From Myxococcales bacterium (GTDB lineage: Bacteria > Myxococcota_A > UBA9042), in NCBI GenBank assembly GCA_037441385.1, contig JBBISH010000048.1, forward strand, positions 1-41,482: a stretch of DNA of 41,482 nt. Direction: 5' to 3'. Made by a program: the position numbers and the translations under genes. Shown in pieces: positions 24,954-33,816 of this stretch; positions within the stretch are counted from its first letter, which is position 1; every line of letters begins with the position of its first letter. The notes under the pieces were generated by a model. The model saw only the letters and a list, made by a program, of their open reading frames with translations. It was not told the DNA's origin and ran no database searches.

Positions 24954-26321
24954 ATGCACCTGCGCGGAACAACTTTGACTTTTGCCTGGGCACTGGCCGT
25001 GGCGGCAGCGGGATGCCAAAAGGACCCGGCCGCCGCCCCGGCGCCGGTCAAGTCGGCAAGCCAGGCTGCGGCAACCCCGGCAGCCGCGACGCCCAAGGCC
25101 AACCTGGCCGAGCCCGCGAGCCCCACCCAGGCTGCGGCCGAAGGCCCGCAAGGGGGCCCGCTGCTCCGCACCTGGCTTGGGGACTTCGCGGCCAGCGAAC
25201 CCGTGGCTGTGGTGGCCTCGGCCGAGCGCGCCGTGGTCGTGCAGGCCAACGCCGCAGGCCTGCGCGCGGCCGCGATCGACAGCTTGGGGCGGCCCATCTG
25301 GCAAACCTCCGCGGCCGTGGAAGGCGGCGAACCCGTTGCGAAGTTCCAACGCCTGCTGGCCGTGCGGGCCGGGGTGCGCACTTGGGCGGGCCCCCAACTG
25401 GGGCGCATGCTGGCGCAGTGGTCCGCCACCGGCCAAGGCTCGGCGCGCCGTCTGCCGGCCCCCCTGATCGGCCTGGTGGGCCAAGACGATGGCGCGCTCG
25501 TGGTCGTTTTGCAGCAGCCTGCCGGTGCGCGCGCCGCGCGCCTGCACAGCGAGGGCGGCTCGGAGTGGGAGCTGGCGGTGGCGCTGCCCGGCCCCGTCAC
25601 CGCGGCCGTGGGCACCCTGCGCGGCGACGCACTCCTGCTGGGTCGCCCGCCCGCCGGGAGTCGCAGCGGCTGGTGGGTGGCGCGACTCGCCGGCAGCGAC
25701 GGCCACCTACTGTGGCAGCGATCGGTGGACCCCAAGCAACTCCCCACCAACGCAGAGCTTCTGGGCGCGGCCGAAGCACCAGGCGGCTTGGCGATCCTGA
25801 CGGCCGGGCTCCACCCCAGCGACCGCAACGAGCCCTGGTCGGTGGTGCGCGTCGACGCCAATGGCGCGGTCTCTGGCGTGGAGCAAGCGCCGCGGGCCGC
25901 CCCCGAGGCGGAACTGGCTGGCGACGCCAACCTGCTGCTGCTTGGCCAGGCGCGCGACGGTGGGCTGTGGTTGGACGCTTGGGGCGCGCGCTTGCAGAGT
26001 CAATACCGCGCTCCGTGGCTGGGGATCGAGACGCCGCGGGCCCTTGCGCACGCTGGCGGCCAGCAACTGTGGGCGGTGTCCAGTGTGTGGACCGGCAAGG
26101 GTGGCGACCGCTTGCTCCTCAGCCGCGTGCAGTTTGCCGTGGGCGCCTTGCACCCCGGCCCCTGTCAGCACTCGACCTGCACCGCAACCTGGCAAACGGG
26201 CAAGGACTGCGCCGAGTTACCTGTTCGCGACGGCAGCCCGTGCGGACCGGGTGCCGAATGCGTGGCGGGCCAGTGCGGCGGCGGACCGCGGCGGCTCGCA
26301 CCGCAGGGACCCGCCTTGTAA
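24954..26321 (+). CDS. Hypothetical lipoprotein with C-terminal Cys-rich module
   Basis: Lipobox AAGC; Pro/Ala linker; C-terminal DGSPC...CVAGQC. Confidence 0.6.
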   Translation: MHLRGTTLTFAWALAVAAAGCQKDPAAAPAPVKSASQAAATPAAATPKANLAEPASPTQAAAEGPQGGPLLRTWLGDFAASEPVAVVASAERAVVVQANAAGLRAAAIDSLGRPIWQTSAAVEGGEPVAKFQRLLAVRAGVRTWAGPQLGRMLAQWSATGQGSARRLPAPLIGLVGQDDGALVVVLQQPAGARAARLHSEGGSEWELAVALPGPVTAAVGTLRGDALLLGRPPAGSRSGWWVARLAGSDGHLLWQRSVDPKQLPTNAELLGAAEAPGGLAILTAGLHPSDRNEPWSVVRVDANGAVSGVEQAPRAAPEAELAGDANLLLLGQARDGGLWLDAWGARLQSQYRAPWLGIETPRALAHAGGQQLWAVSSVWTGKGGDRLLLSRVQFAVGALHPGPCQHSTCTATWQTGKDCAELPVRDGSPCGPGAECVAGQCGGGPRRLAPQGPAL

Positions 26322-26382
26322 GGGTGTGGCGATTTCTGCGGCCCCACGCGGCGCAGCCCGCCGGGCAAATGGCGGAGATTCC

Positions 26383-26398
26383 TGGCGATTCTTGTGCA
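26383..26398 (+). promoter_or_regulatory. Possible sigma54 promoter upstream of the J-domain gene
   Basis: TGGCGATTCTTGTGCA has GG-N10-GC spacing but is degenerate. Confidence 0.25.
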
Positions 26399-26541
26399 CG
26401 ACCGGCAAGTCGAATGGCGAGCCGCAAAAGCCGTTGCGTCGGCGCCGTCGATCACCTAACCTCACGCCTGCGGTGCTGCCGGCCCCATGGTCGCTGGTTC
26501 GCCGCCCACCGTTCATCCTGCGCCGAAGGCACGTCCACCCC

Positions 26542-27468
26542 ATGAGCTCCCCCCCGCTCGACTCCCAAACTGGCCTGAACTCGGTCCTAGAGGCGCTGGC
26601 CGCCGAGGGGGACCATTTTGCGGTGCTCCAGGTGGCGCGCACGGCGACCCCCGCCGAAGTGCGCGATGCCTACTTCCGGCTGGCCAAGGTGATTCACCCT
26701 GATCTGCCGGCGTTCTTGGTCAGCCCCAAGCTCCGCGCCGACGCCACCCGCGCTTTCCAGGCCATCACCATTGCGCATGCGATGTTGAGCGACACCGCCA
26801 AGCGTGCCGCCTATGTGCAGTCCCTGGACGCCGCGAAGGCGGCCAAGCTGGTCGATGCCATGACGGCGCCTGTGCCGCAAAGCGCCTCGCCCAGTGGCCG
26901 GATGCAGGCGCAGATCACCCCAGAGACCGCCAAGGTGTACCTGGCACGTGGTCGCTTGGCCGTGCAGCGCCGCGATTGGCAGGTGGCCCAAGACGCCTTG
27001 AACTTGGCCTGCCGGGGCTTGAGCGACGGGGAACTGCTCGACGCCAAAATGAATTACGGCTGGGCCATCTTCAACAACACCGCCAACCCCGAGGCGGATC
27101 GCATCAGCCGCCCGCGCGACCAATGGATGGAAGTGGTCGACAGCAAAGATCGATCGACTGCCGTGGCCCAGTCGCACTACTACCTCGCCGTGTGGAACAA
27201 GATGCACGGCGACATGCGCGAGGCCTCCAAGCACGTCGAAGCGTGCCTGGCCCTGGACCCGCGCCACATCGATGCCCAGCGCGAAAAACTGCTGCTGGAA
27301 CGCCGCAAAGCCGGCTCCCCAACGACCAGCCCCACCGGTCGATTCGACGCCGTGCCCGAGCGTCGCACCAGCCGCACCGCCTCGGCTTCGGTGCCGGCGC
27401 CGACCAAAGTGCCGCTCAAGAAGGAACCAAGCTTCTTCGAGAAGCTCTTTGGACCCAAGAAAAGCTGA
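26542..27468 (+). CDS. DnaJ (J-domain) protein with TPR-like repeats
   Basis: HFAVLQV...EVRDAYFRLAKVIHPD...FQAITIAHAMLSD; helical TPR-like C-terminal half. Confidence 0.85.
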   Translation: MSSPPLDSQTGLNSVLEALAAEGDHFAVLQVARTATPAEVRDAYFRLAKVIHPDLPAFLVSPKLRADATRAFQAITIAHAMLSDTAKRAAYVQSLDAAKAAKLVDAMTAPVPQSASPSGRMQAQITPETAKVYLARGRLAVQRRDWQVAQDALNLACRGLSDGELLDAKMNYGWAIFNNTANPEADRISRPRDQWMEVVDSKDRSTAVAQSHYYLAVWNKMHGDMREASKHVEACLALDPRHIDAQREKLLLERRKAGSPTTSPTGRFDAVPERRTSRTASASVPAPTKVPLKKEPSFFEKLFGPKKS

Positions 27469-27492
27469 AGTCCCGCAACATCCGCGACAAAG

Positions 27493-28428
27493 CTACAGCA
27501 ACCGGACGCGGTCGGTCAGCTCTAGCCACAGCGACTTCCCCGCAAATCCAGGAACTTCTGCGCGAACCCGACGCAAGAGCACCACCAGCCAGGGTCGCTG
27601 TGGAGTGCGGTCGGGCAGTTGGTCCGTCAAGGACGCCGGCACGGCAAATTCGCCGTCGTCGCGAAGGTTGCAGCGCAACCAGCTCAAGGTGCCGGGCTCG
27701 TCGCTGCCCACCAGCAGCTCCAATTCGGCGGTGCCGTCGATCGAACCCCAACGCAGCAGCAGCGGCTCGTCGCGTCCGACGCCCTCGACAACTCCTTGAC
27801 GTACGGCCACTTGCCCGATGTGACTGACCCGCACCGGCCGCGGCACGGCCACGGTGGCCGCAAACGCCGCTGCGCCGTCGCCGCCGGTGCCTTGCAGCGT
27901 GAGCGAGCCCGCCTGCAACCACGTGCGCGCCTGGTCGATCGCCAGATCATAGCGAACCCCCCGCGCCGACTCGATAACGGGAGGCACCAGTTGGACGCGC
28001 AGCGGCTCGCGCTTGCCGCCGGCGCGCAGCTCCAGATTGCCCACGTCCAGCAGCTGCATCCAACTATGCGGGCGGGTGGCGCTTGCGGCCCCCAGCGGGC
28101 GGTTCGCCTCGGACTGGCGCACGCAGGTGTCGACCGTCAGCGGCGACGCCGGACTCGCCGGCTGACCGACCAGCGTGCCGAGCAAGCCCAAATCGCGACG
28201 ATCCACGTCGGCAAACACGGCGGCCACGCTGAGCCGATCGCTGCCCGCGGCGGGATTTTGCCATTCGATATGACCGTTTTCAAAGCGCAAACTCACTGCA
28301 GCCGCGCGCTGGCGCAGGTCGTCGGCCTCGCGCGTCTGCTCGGGCTGCGGCGTCTGCGGCGGCAAGTCGCGCGAACACGCCAGGGCGAAGGGCAAGAACA
28401 AGAGCAACTTCAAACGACTAGCGGCCAT
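27493..28428 (-). CDS. Hypothetical lipoprotein
   Basis: Signal peptide ending ALAC; LLDVG and C..RDDGEF segments; long clean ORF. Confidence 0.65.
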   Translation of the reverse strand: MAASRLKLLLFLPFALACSRDLPPQTPQPEQTREADDLRQRAAAVSLRFENGHIEWQNPAAGSDRLSVAAVFADVDRRDLGLLGTLVGQPASPASPLTVDTCVRQSEANRPLGAASATRPHSWMQLLDVGNLELRAGGKREPLRVQLVPPVIESARGVRYDLAIDQARTWLQAGSLTLQGTGGDGAAAFAATVAVPRPVRVSHIGQVAVRQGVVEGVGRDEPLLLRWGSIDGTAELELLVGSDEPGTLSWLRCNLRDDGEFAVPASLTDQLPDRTPQRPWLVVLLRRVRAEVPGFAGKSLWLELTDRVRLL

Positions 28429-28517
28429 GGCCGGCCAAGGATAGCACGGCAGCGGCGGCTGTGGCATGGTGTGCGCCAAGATGCGCCCGCCGCGGCGCTC
28501 GTGGTGGAACCTTGCCG

Positions 28518-29075
28518 ATGCGCATCATCGCCGGAACAAGCAAAGGAATGCGCCTGGTTGCGCCGCCGGGCCTGAGCGTACGACCGACGAGCGATCTGGT
28601 CCGCGGCGCCGCCATGAGCCAGCTGGGCGGCTTCTTCCAGGGCCAAGTGGCGCTCGATCTGTGCGCCGGCACGGGTGCGGTGGCGCTGGAGTGGTTGTCG
28701 CGCGGCTGCAGCCGGGCCGTAGCGGTGGAGCAGAGCCCCGAAGTGGCCAAGCTTCTTCGAGAAAATGCCACACACACCCGCCTGGCCGCCAAGCTGGAAG
28801 TGCTGGTCGCCCCGGCCGAGGCGGCCCTGCACAGCCTGGCCAAACGCGGCGAGAAGTTCGACCTGGTCTGGTTCGATCCGCCGTACGACGCCGGCCTGCA
28901 CCCAGCCATCCTCAAGTTGTTGGCCGAGTTGCCCGTGCTGCAGCCCGACGCGGACGTCTTGGTCGAGAGCCGCAATGGCCTGGACCCGGCTTGGCTGGAC
29001 ACCGACTGGGAGGTCGTGTCGACCCGCCGCTACGGCGCATGCTGGCTGGACCGCCTGACCCGGAGCGCGCCGTGA
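28518..29075 (+). CDS. rsmD: 16S rRNA m2G966 methyltransferase RsmD
   Basis: MRIIAG..KG..L, VRPT, LDLCAGTGA, FDLVWFDPPY, RRYG. Confidence 0.92.
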   Translation: MRIIAGTSKGMRLVAPPGLSVRPTSDLVRGAAMSQLGGFFQGQVALDLCAGTGAVALEWLSRGCSRAVAVEQSPEVAKLLRENATHTRLAAKLEVLVAPAEAALHSLAKRGEKFDLVWFDPPYDAGLHPAILKLLAELPVLQPDADVLVESRNGLDPAWLDTDWEVVSTRRYGACWLDRLTRSAP

Positions 29076-30163
29076 GTTCGCTTCCCCCGCCAACCCCGAT
29101 TGCGCAAGAGGATTTTCGGCTGGAGTCCTACGACTTCGACCTGCCGGAGTCCCTGATCGCCCAGCGCCCGGTGGAGCCGCGCCATGCCGCGCGCCTGCTG
29201 GTGATCGACCGGCAGAACGGCGAGTTGCGACATCAGCGGGTGATCGACCTCCCCAACCTGCTGCCCAAGGGCGCGGTTCTGGTGGTGAACGACACCAAGG
29301 TGGTGCCGGCGCGGCTGCGGGCGCACAAGGCCAGCGGCGGCGCGGTCGAACTGCTGCTCGAGCGACCCTTGGGGGCTACCGACATGGGCCTGCAGGGTCA
29401 GCCAGTGCTGTACAAGTCCTCAAAAGGCTTGAAGGTTGGCCAGGAGCTGAGCATCGAGGGCGGTGCCCGCGCCGTGGTGGTCGACGTGGGCGAAGGCGGC
29501 CGCGCGCGCGTGGATCTGAGCGGCGCCGACGATCTGGCCGAGCTGCTGCAGCGCTGCGGCCACGTGCCCCTGCCGCCCTACATCCGCGGCGGCCGCGACG
29601 ACGACGCCGACAAGCCGCGCTACCAGTGCACGTATGCCCGCCATGCCGGCGCGGTGGCGGCGCCCACAGCCGGGCTGCACCTGTCGACCGAGCTGCTGGC
29701 CGCGCTGCAATCCGCTGGAATTCCTGTCCTTTCCATTACGCTGCACGTGGGCCCCGGTACGTTTCTACCGTTGCGACAGAGCGACCTGAGCCGCCACCAA
29801 GTGCTAGCCGAACGCTATGCGGTGGACGACCAAACCGCCCAACAACTGAGCGATTTTCGGGCTCAGGGCCGGCCGATCGTCGCCATCGGCACCACCACGA
29901 CGCGGGTGCTCGAACACTTGGGACGGCGGGCGGACGGTGGGCAACTGCCGGCCGGGATGGGCGAGACCGACGTGACCATCGTGCCCGGTCATCGCTTTGC
30001 CGTGGTCGACCACCTGCTGACCAATTTCCACCTGCCGCAGTCCAGCCTTCTGGTCCTGGTGGCGTCGCTGCTGGGCCGCGAGCGGACCCTGGCCGCGTAC
30101 CGCTGCGCCGTGGACCAGGGCTACCGCTTCTACAGCTACGGCGACGCGTCGCTCATCCTGTAG
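29072..30163 (+). CDS. queA: S-adenosylmethionine:tRNA ribosyltransferase-isomerase
   Basis: YDFDLPESLIAQ, VNDTKVVPAR, GHVPLPPYI, AAPTAGLH, LHVGPGTF, TNFHLP, YRFYSYGDA; GTGA overlap with rsmD. Confidence 0.95.
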   Translation: MSSLPPPTPIAQEDFRLESYDFDLPESLIAQRPVEPRHAARLLVIDRQNGELRHQRVIDLPNLLPKGAVLVVNDTKVVPARLRAHKASGGAVELLLERPLGATDMGLQGQPVLYKSSKGLKVGQELSIEGGARAVVVDVGEGGRARVDLSGADDLAELLQRCGHVPLPPYIRGGRDDDADKPRYQCTYARHAGAVAAPTAGLHLSTELLAALQSAGIPVLSITLHVGPGTFLPLRQSDLSRHQVLAERYAVDDQTAQQLSDFRAQGRPIVAIGTTTTRVLEHLGRRADGGQLPAGMGETDVTIVPGHRFAVVDHLLTNFHLPQSSLLVLVASLLGRERTLAAYRCAVDQGYRFYSYGDASLIL

Positions 30164-30175
30164 CAAGGGCTGGGG

Positions 30176-30763
30176 CTACTCGCCCAAGACCTGCTTCTTC
30201 AGGTCCTTGTCGTTCGGATTGGGGCCGAACCACATCGAGAACATGTCCTTGGCCAGGCCCTTGTCCGGGCTGCTGAACTTGACGGCGCTGCCGATCTTGA
30301 GCGCGAAGCCGCCGGCCGGCGTGTAGATGAATTGCATGTCCAGGTTCTTGCTGATGTCGCTGGGGAAGGCGGCCTTGATCTTGTCGACGTCGGCGGCAAT
30401 GCGGGCGCGCTCGCCGGCCGGCACGTTCTTTTCCAGGCCGGTGTCGATGGCCTCGCGCATCTTCTCGGCGCCGATGCCGCGCATCATGTGCAGCCACATC
30501 ATCTTGGGCTCGTCGTTGTTGATGAGGGCGCTCGAGCTCTTCTTGGGGTTCGCCATGTACGCGCCCATGACGTAGATGTTCATCATCCACTTGGTGCGCA
30601 CGCCCACGCCCACCAGCTTGACCGCTTGACCAGCAGCTTGGGTGTCGTTGGGGAAGTTGTAGCCCTCGATTTCGGTGGCCTGAGTCGGCGCGGCCGACAG
30701 CATCAGCGAGCCGAGCGTGGCGGCCAGCAGCAATTTCGAAATCCCAAGGAAGTTCTGGATCAT
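30176..30763 (-). CDS. Chalcone isomerase-like family secreted protein
   Basis: LVGVGVRTKW...IYV.GAY and MWFGPNP.DKDLK..LG; signal peptide. Confidence 0.8.
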   Translation of the reverse strand: MIQNFLGISKLLLAATLGSLMLSAAPTQATEIEGYNFPNDTQAAGQAVKLVGVGVRTKWMMNIYVMGAYMANPKKSSSALINNDEPKMMWLHMMRGIGAEKMREAIDTGLEKNVPAGERARIAADVDKIKAAFPSDISKNLDMQFIYTPAGGFALKIGSAVKFSSPDKGLAKDMFSMWFGPNPNDKDLKKQVLGE

Positions 30764-30979
30764 CTTGGCCTCGTGGACTGCGGCGTGCACAGCGCGCAGC
30801 GGTGGTGTGGTGCCCGCCCCGAAAGTGGCATGCCCGCGAGCACCTTGCCCGCGCCGGAGCGGCGGATGTAGCATCCTGACCAGCAGGCCAAGCATAGCGC
30901 AGACCGGCGGTCATCGTCACGCGTCTGAGCACGGCGCCAAGTTGGTAGGCCGCAGGGCCATGGCAGCAGCGAGGACGCA

Positions 30980-33100
30980 ATGCGCAAGACGTGGATCATC
31001 GTAGCTTTATTCATCCTCATCGCCGTTGGCGCCGCCGTGGCGTGGTTCACCTGCGGCAGTTGTGGGGGCCGCAGCAGCCTGCTCGCCGACCTGGACGCCG
31101 AACAAACGGTGGGCGGCGCGGAATTGCGCCATCTGGACCAAAGTGCCGAGCGGCTGCTCGCGATGCTGGACAGCTTGCCGCCGACCCTGCGCCCACCCGA
31201 GGCGAGTCGCAGCGCGATCGTGGCCAAGCTGGGCGCGGATCCGGCCGTTGCCGCAAGCTGGGCCGGTTGGGGCGTGGATCCCGAGCGCGGCGTCGCAGTA
31301 GCCGTGGATCGCCGGCTGATGCGCCACCCAGGCGGCCGCAACGAGCCCCTGCCGGTGCTGCTGCTGCGCGTGCCCGATCGCGGCAAGTTCCAAGCGACGC
31401 TGGGCAAGCTGGGCGCCGACATCAAGCTGGGCAAGCAGGTGGGTGCCGCGCAAGACCTGGAGATCAACAACGAAAAGGCGTGGCTGGGCCAACGCGGCGA
31501 CGATCTGGCGGTGCTGCCGCTGCCGCGCAGTCTGGATGCGGCCGAAGAAGCGACGTTACGGGCCGGCTTTGAAGCCTTTTTGCGTCCCAGCGGGGCCAAG
31601 CTGGCCAGTCAACCCCAGTTCGCCGCGGCGGCGCGCGAGGCAGGCGACCGCCTGGGCCTGGTTTGGCTGGACAGCAAGCAGCTGGAGTCGCTGGAGAATG
31701 ACCAGAAAGTCCGCGCCGACATTGGCTTCTTTGCAGGTCTGTTCCCCAGCGCAGCGGTCTGGCTGAGCGACTCGGCCGGCCTGCGGATCGCGACGAGCGA
31801 GGCGGGCCATCAGGCTCTGGCCGAGGTGCTCAAACCCAAGCGCAACCCACCCAAGTGCTCGCGGCTGTTGCCCAAAACCGGCTGGAGCGCCGCGCGCGTC
31901 TCGGTCAACCTGGTCGACATGATGACGGGTGTGGGCAAGCTGTTGCCACCGTCGACGCCGAGCGAAGCGCGGATGGCGCTGCCCGGCGCGACCATGGGCT
32001 TGGCAATGATCGGCTTGTCGTACGGCGACTTGACCGAGGCGCTGTCGGGCCACGTCTGTGGCGGCGTCGAAGTCGCGTCGTTGATGGCGCTGGCGGGCCA
32101 GGGGCCCAAGGCCAACCCGGCGTGGCTGGGCGTGGTGGGCGTGGTCGACGCGGCCAAGGCCGACGCGCTGCTGGAGCGGGTGATCGGCCTGGCGCAGGGC
32201 AAGGGTGGTCTGCAGCCGCGCGCGGTGCAGGTCAAGGGCAAGAAGGGCTGGCAGATCGACGCCGGGCCGCTGTCGTTGGTGGTGACGCGGATCGACGACA
32301 CCATCCTGGCCGGGCCCAGCGTGGCGGCGATCGAGGCTGCGGTGGACCGCAAGGAGTCGGAATCGCTGGCGAGCACTTCGCTGGCGGCGGCGCTGGACGG
32401 CGACGTGGTCTGGTCCACGGTAGCGGACACCCAGCCGCTCATCGACCTGGCGCGCACCGCAACGGCCATGGGCGGCAAGGACGCGGTGGCGATGATCGAC
32501 AAGATGACCAAGGACTTGGCCGGTCAGCGCTATGCCGGCACCTCGCTCAAGCTGGACGGCGACGGCCTGTTGCTGCAGGCAGTGGGCGATCCGCAACTGC
32601 AGAAAACGGCGCTGGGTGCGGTGCCGATCTTGGCCGCGATCGCCATCCCCAACTTCATGCGCTACACCGAGCGGGCGCGCGAGGTCGAAGCGCGGGTTGA
32701 ACTGCAGCAGATCGGCCGCGGCGCCAAAGTGTACTTCGAGACGCCGCACCCAGAGGCAGGCAGCGCCTGCCAATTTCCTGCCTCGGCACCCCAGAACCCG
32801 CCGCAGAGCTGCTGCGACGCGGCGATGGACAAAGACGGCGACAAACGCTGCGACGAAGGGACGTGGCAAGCTGGACCCACGTGGACCGCGCTCGCGTTCT
32901 CGCCCAGCGGGCCGATCCGCTACCGTTTCAGCTTCGAGTCCAGCGGCACCTTGGGCGACGCGCATTTTACGGCCCGCGCCTACGCCGAGCCGGGCTGCAG
33001 CGGACGCACCTCGGTGTTCGAGCTGACCGGCCACGGCGAGGTAGGCAGCGACGGAGCCTGCACGGCGGTGATCGACAGCGAGCCGCGCGCCGTCGACTAG
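30980..33100 (+). CDS. Membrane-anchored protein with C-terminal PilA-paralogous pilin domain
   Basis: N-terminal TM/signal; last ~160 aa align by eye with PilA of this window, with all six Cys conserved. Confidence 0.8.
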   Translation: MRKTWIIVALFILIAVGAAVAWFTCGSCGGRSSLLADLDAEQTVGGAELRHLDQSAERLLAMLDSLPPTLRPPEASRSAIVAKLGADPAVAASWAGWGVDPERGVAVAVDRRLMRHPGGRNEPLPVLLLRVPDRGKFQATLGKLGADIKLGKQVGAAQDLEINNEKAWLGQRGDDLAVLPLPRSLDAAEEATLRAGFEAFLRPSGAKLASQPQFAAAAREAGDRLGLVWLDSKQLESLENDQKVRADIGFFAGLFPSAAVWLSDSAGLRIATSEAGHQALAEVLKPKRNPPKCSRLLPKTGWSAARVSVNLVDMMTGVGKLLPPSTPSEARMALPGATMGLAMIGLSYGDLTEALSGHVCGGVEVASLMALAGQGPKANPAWLGVVGVVDAAKADALLERVIGLAQGKGGLQPRAVQVKGKKGWQIDAGPLSLVVTRIDDTILAGPSVAAIEAAVDRKESESLASTSLAAALDGDVVWSTVADTQPLIDLARTATAMGGKDAVAMIDKMTKDLAGQRYAGTSLKLDGDGLLLQAVGDPQLQKTALGAVPILAAIAIPNFMRYTERAREVEARVELQQIGRGAKVYFETPHPEAGSACQFPASAPQNPPQSCCDAAMDKDGDKRCDEGTWQAGPTWTALAFSPSGPIRYRFSFESSGTLGDAHFTARAYAEPGCSGRTSVFELTGHGEVGSDGACTAVIDSEPRAVD

Positions 33101-33120
33101 TTGCCCCAAGTCGACTAGTT
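33092..33120 (+). repeat. 11-bp direct repeat GTCGACTAGTT x2
   Basis: Copies at 33092-33102 and 33110-33120; the first contains the stop codon. Confidence 0.8.
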
Positions 33121-33171
33121 TGTAGGCGGCCTGGACTGGTCGATCCCGGTCGCGGCCTGCGGGGGCATGTC

Positions 33172-33804
33172 ATGGCTTCGGGCAAGCAGTATTCGCGCCA
33201 AGAGCTGCAAGAGATCCTAGAGGCTGCACTACGCAAGCAGGCTCAGCCCAGCGATTACGGCCACGACGAGTTGCTGGAGACGGCGCGCGAGCTGGGCCTG
33301 AGCCCAGAGCAGGTGGCGGCGGCCGAGGCCGAGGTGACGGAGCGTCGCGCGCTGCAAACCCTTGCCGATGCACAAAAGGCCAAGGCGCGTCATGGCTTGA
33401 CCAATCACTTGCTGACCTTCGCCCTGGTCAACTTGGGCCTGCTCGCGATCAACGTCATGGTCGGGTCGCCGTGGTGGTTCCAGTGGCCTCTGGTCGGCTG
33501 GGGCTTGGGGGTCGTGGCGCACGTGCTCGCGCTGGCGCGGACCAGCGACCAGCAATGGCTGGCGCGCGCCGAACGGCAGCGCGAGGTAGAGCGGCGCAAG
33601 GCCGAGCGATTGCAGGCCAAGTTGCGGCTGGAGCAGCGGGTGGTGGAATTGCTGGCGCCGCAGACGGCCAGGAAACGCCCCGGAGAACGCGCGTTGGACG
33701 AGGCGGTGGACGAAGCCGTGGATCGCGCCCTGGGCATGGCGGCGCAGGTCCTGCAGCGCGTGAGCAATCCCAAAGATCGCAAGCCCCCAGGCGACCGCCA
33801 CTGA
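33172..33804 (+). CDS. 2TM domain membrane protein
   Basis: HLLTFALVNLGLLAIN...WWFQWPLVGWGLGVVAH; N-terminal YS..ELQEIL..AL...EL...A.ELGL. Confidence 0.8.
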   Translation: MASGKQYSRQELQEILEAALRKQAQPSDYGHDELLETARELGLSPEQVAAAEAEVTERRALQTLADAQKAKARHGLTNHLLTFALVNLGLLAINVMVGSPWWFQWPLVGWGLGVVAHVLALARTSDQQWLARAERQREVERRKAERLQAKLRLEQRVVELLAPQTARKRPGERALDEAVDEAVDRALGMAAQVLQRVSNPKDRKPPGDRH

Positions 33805-33816
33805 GCGACGCCGCGA

